The notes beneath the pieces were generated by a model. That model ran no database searches and was not told where the DNA came from. It saw only the letters and a list, made by a program, of their open reading frames with translations. A stretch of DNA of 61,524 nt, counting the filler, from Nitrospiraceae bacterium (GTDB lineage Bacteria; Nitrospirota; Nitrospiria; Nitrospirales; UBA2166), in the NCBI GenBank assembly GCA_002726235.1. It is 3 parts of 3 records of this genome, joined end to end, with 100 filler letters (N's around TTAATTAATTAA, not from the genome) between each part and the next. Parts side by side here need not be neighbours in the genome. Positions count along the whole stretch, not along the records: positions 42,813 to 61,524 come from PBSN01000021.1; 2 more parts are not named here. One strand, given 5' to 3'. Made by a program: the position numbers and the translations under genes. Each line of letters opens with the position of its first letter. Position 1 is the stretch's first letter. Positions 60,440 through 61,524 of the stretch are shown one piece after another.

Positions 60440-61441
60440 ATGCCAGATTTTGTAACTGGGGCAACCGGCTGCGTTGGGCGTTATCTGGTGCGACGGTTGT
60501 TGGCCCGGGGCCGTGATCTTATCTGCGCTGTGCGTTGTCCTGAATCTCTGGCCGGTGACCCCTTATTTAGTTCATCAGGGGTGAGGCTAGTCTGTTGTGA
60601 TTTTACCGCAGGGGGGTGGGATAAGGGTGTTTCAACTGACCTAGCAGTCTGTCAGAATGTATTTCACGTGGCGGGCGAGATGCCTCATAGGCCGTCCAGT
60701 AACTACGGTGCCAATAGTTTATGGAAAGTCAATGTCGAAGCTGTGCAACAACTCTATGCGCTTGCGGCCACTGCTAGCGTGAAGCGGTTCTTATTTGTAA
60801 GTTCCCTCTCTGTATACGGGGATAGCCTAAAAAAACCTTGTGACGAATATACTCCGGTTATGCCGGAAGATGCCTATGCTTGCACGAAGGCTGAGGCTGA
60901 GCAAGTTCTCACGGTTGGGGTTGCTAATGGAGGTCCAGCGGTAATTACCATTCGACCCGGACTTATTTATGGTGATCGAGACACTGGCGTGATCCAGAAG
61001 ATCATTGCACTGATTGATAAGGGCTATTTTCGAATACTCGGGGATGGTGGCAATAGTCGCTCTATTTCTGCAGCTCCATTAGTTGCCGAAGCTCTTTGTG
61101 CATTGGTCGAGTCGAGAGAGCGCTTGACCGTCGTCGATGTAGTGGATCCTCATTCTCCAACCTTGGAAAACCTCGCGGCTGATATCGCTAGTCTTCTTGG
61201 TGTGGCTCCACCACGCCATATTCCGTTAGCGTTGGTATATCCGGTAGCGACCGTTTTTTCTCTGCTGGCCTTGCTGGGGATGCGGACGAGTTTTAAGGTT
61301 TCAGATGTGCGAAAAATATCGACGTCGAATCCGGTGCGTGGGGAGCGTTTGAGTAGGCTAGTTGGGCGTCTCCCTGACTACTATCGGGAGGCCTTAGCTG
61401 AAGATGTTGCTTGGTATCGAAGGCGTCAGGCGGTTGCATAA
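60440..61441 (+). CDS. NAD-dependent epimerase/dehydratase (SDR)
   Basis: TGATGCVG, SSLSVYG, YACTKAEAE, IRPGLIYG. Confidence 0.85.
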   Translation: MPDFVTGATGCVGRYLVRRLLARGRDLICAVRCPESLAGDPLFSSSGVRLVCCDFTAGGWDKGVSTDLAVCQNVFHVAGEMPHRPSSNYGANSLWKVNVEAVQQLYALAATASVKRFLFVSSLSVYGDSLKKPCDEYTPVMPEDAYACTKAEAEQVLTVGVANGGPAVITIRPGLIYGDRDTGVIQKIIALIDKGYFRILGDGGNSRSISAAPLVAEALCALVESRERLTVVDVVDPHSPTLENLAADIASLLGVAPPRHIPLALVYPVATVFSLLALLGMRTSFKVSDVRKISTSNPVRGERLSRLVGRLPDYYREALAEDVAWYRRRQAVA

Positions 61442-61524
61442 GTTGGGGTTCGGTGTGACGGTAGCCGTGTGAACGTGCGAGAAGAGTAGTCGGAATGATA
61501 ACGCTTACCCCCCCCCCCCCCCCC

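Noticed and set aside
61457..61469. Second ops-like motif GACGGTAGCCGTG
   Set aside because: Deviates from consensus in sequence and spacing, and the downstream context is missing.
61507..61524. Poly-C tract as a phase-variation site
   Set aside because: At the very end of the contig; more likely a sequencing or assembly end artefact.

Overview
The window is three unrelated assembly pieces joined by artificial N-linkers carrying TTAATTAATTAA (26094-26193 and 42713-42812), so adjacency across those joins means nothing. The DNA is bacterial with moderate GC; a repeat resembling a Nitrospira-type dispersed element hints at Nitrospirota (inference). Piece 1 (1-26093) holds the tmRNA 3' end with a P4-type integrase scar, a methyltransferase, endonuclease I, an atypical tRNA-like RNA, rmuC, a minus-strand manC-rfbA-rfbB-rfbD-sat/cysC-carA-carB run, a half helicase, a PHP hydrolase, a thermonuclease, gcvT-gcvPA-NUDIX-gcvPB-mutS and a histone-H1-like tail. 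Piece 2 (26194-42712) holds a DUF4268 gene at the guaA 3' end, guaBA, aminotransferase-serA-hisZ-dnaB, a TPR lipoprotein and type IV pilin. It ends with one end of a phage-satellite-like element integrated at a CAT-anticodon tRNA (att site, arm repeats, excisionase, primase Zn domain, DUF3631 ATPase with an ori-like repeat array, terminase-small-like gene). Piece 3 (42813-61524) is an ops-led surface-glycan cluster for an unusual sugar: cytidylyltransferase/kinase, TPP E1 alpha/beta, two DegT enzymes, a methyltransferase, several SDRs, a polyprenyl-sugar module with a DprE1-like enzyme, and a B12 radical SAM protein. The most unusual signals are the tRNA-like cloverleaf with an expanded anticodon arm behind a sigma54-like promoter, the ATP sulfurylase with altered sulfate-pocket motifs next to a carbamoyl-phosphate synthase, the satellite, and the sugar pathway. 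All calls come from motif recognition; no database searches were run.
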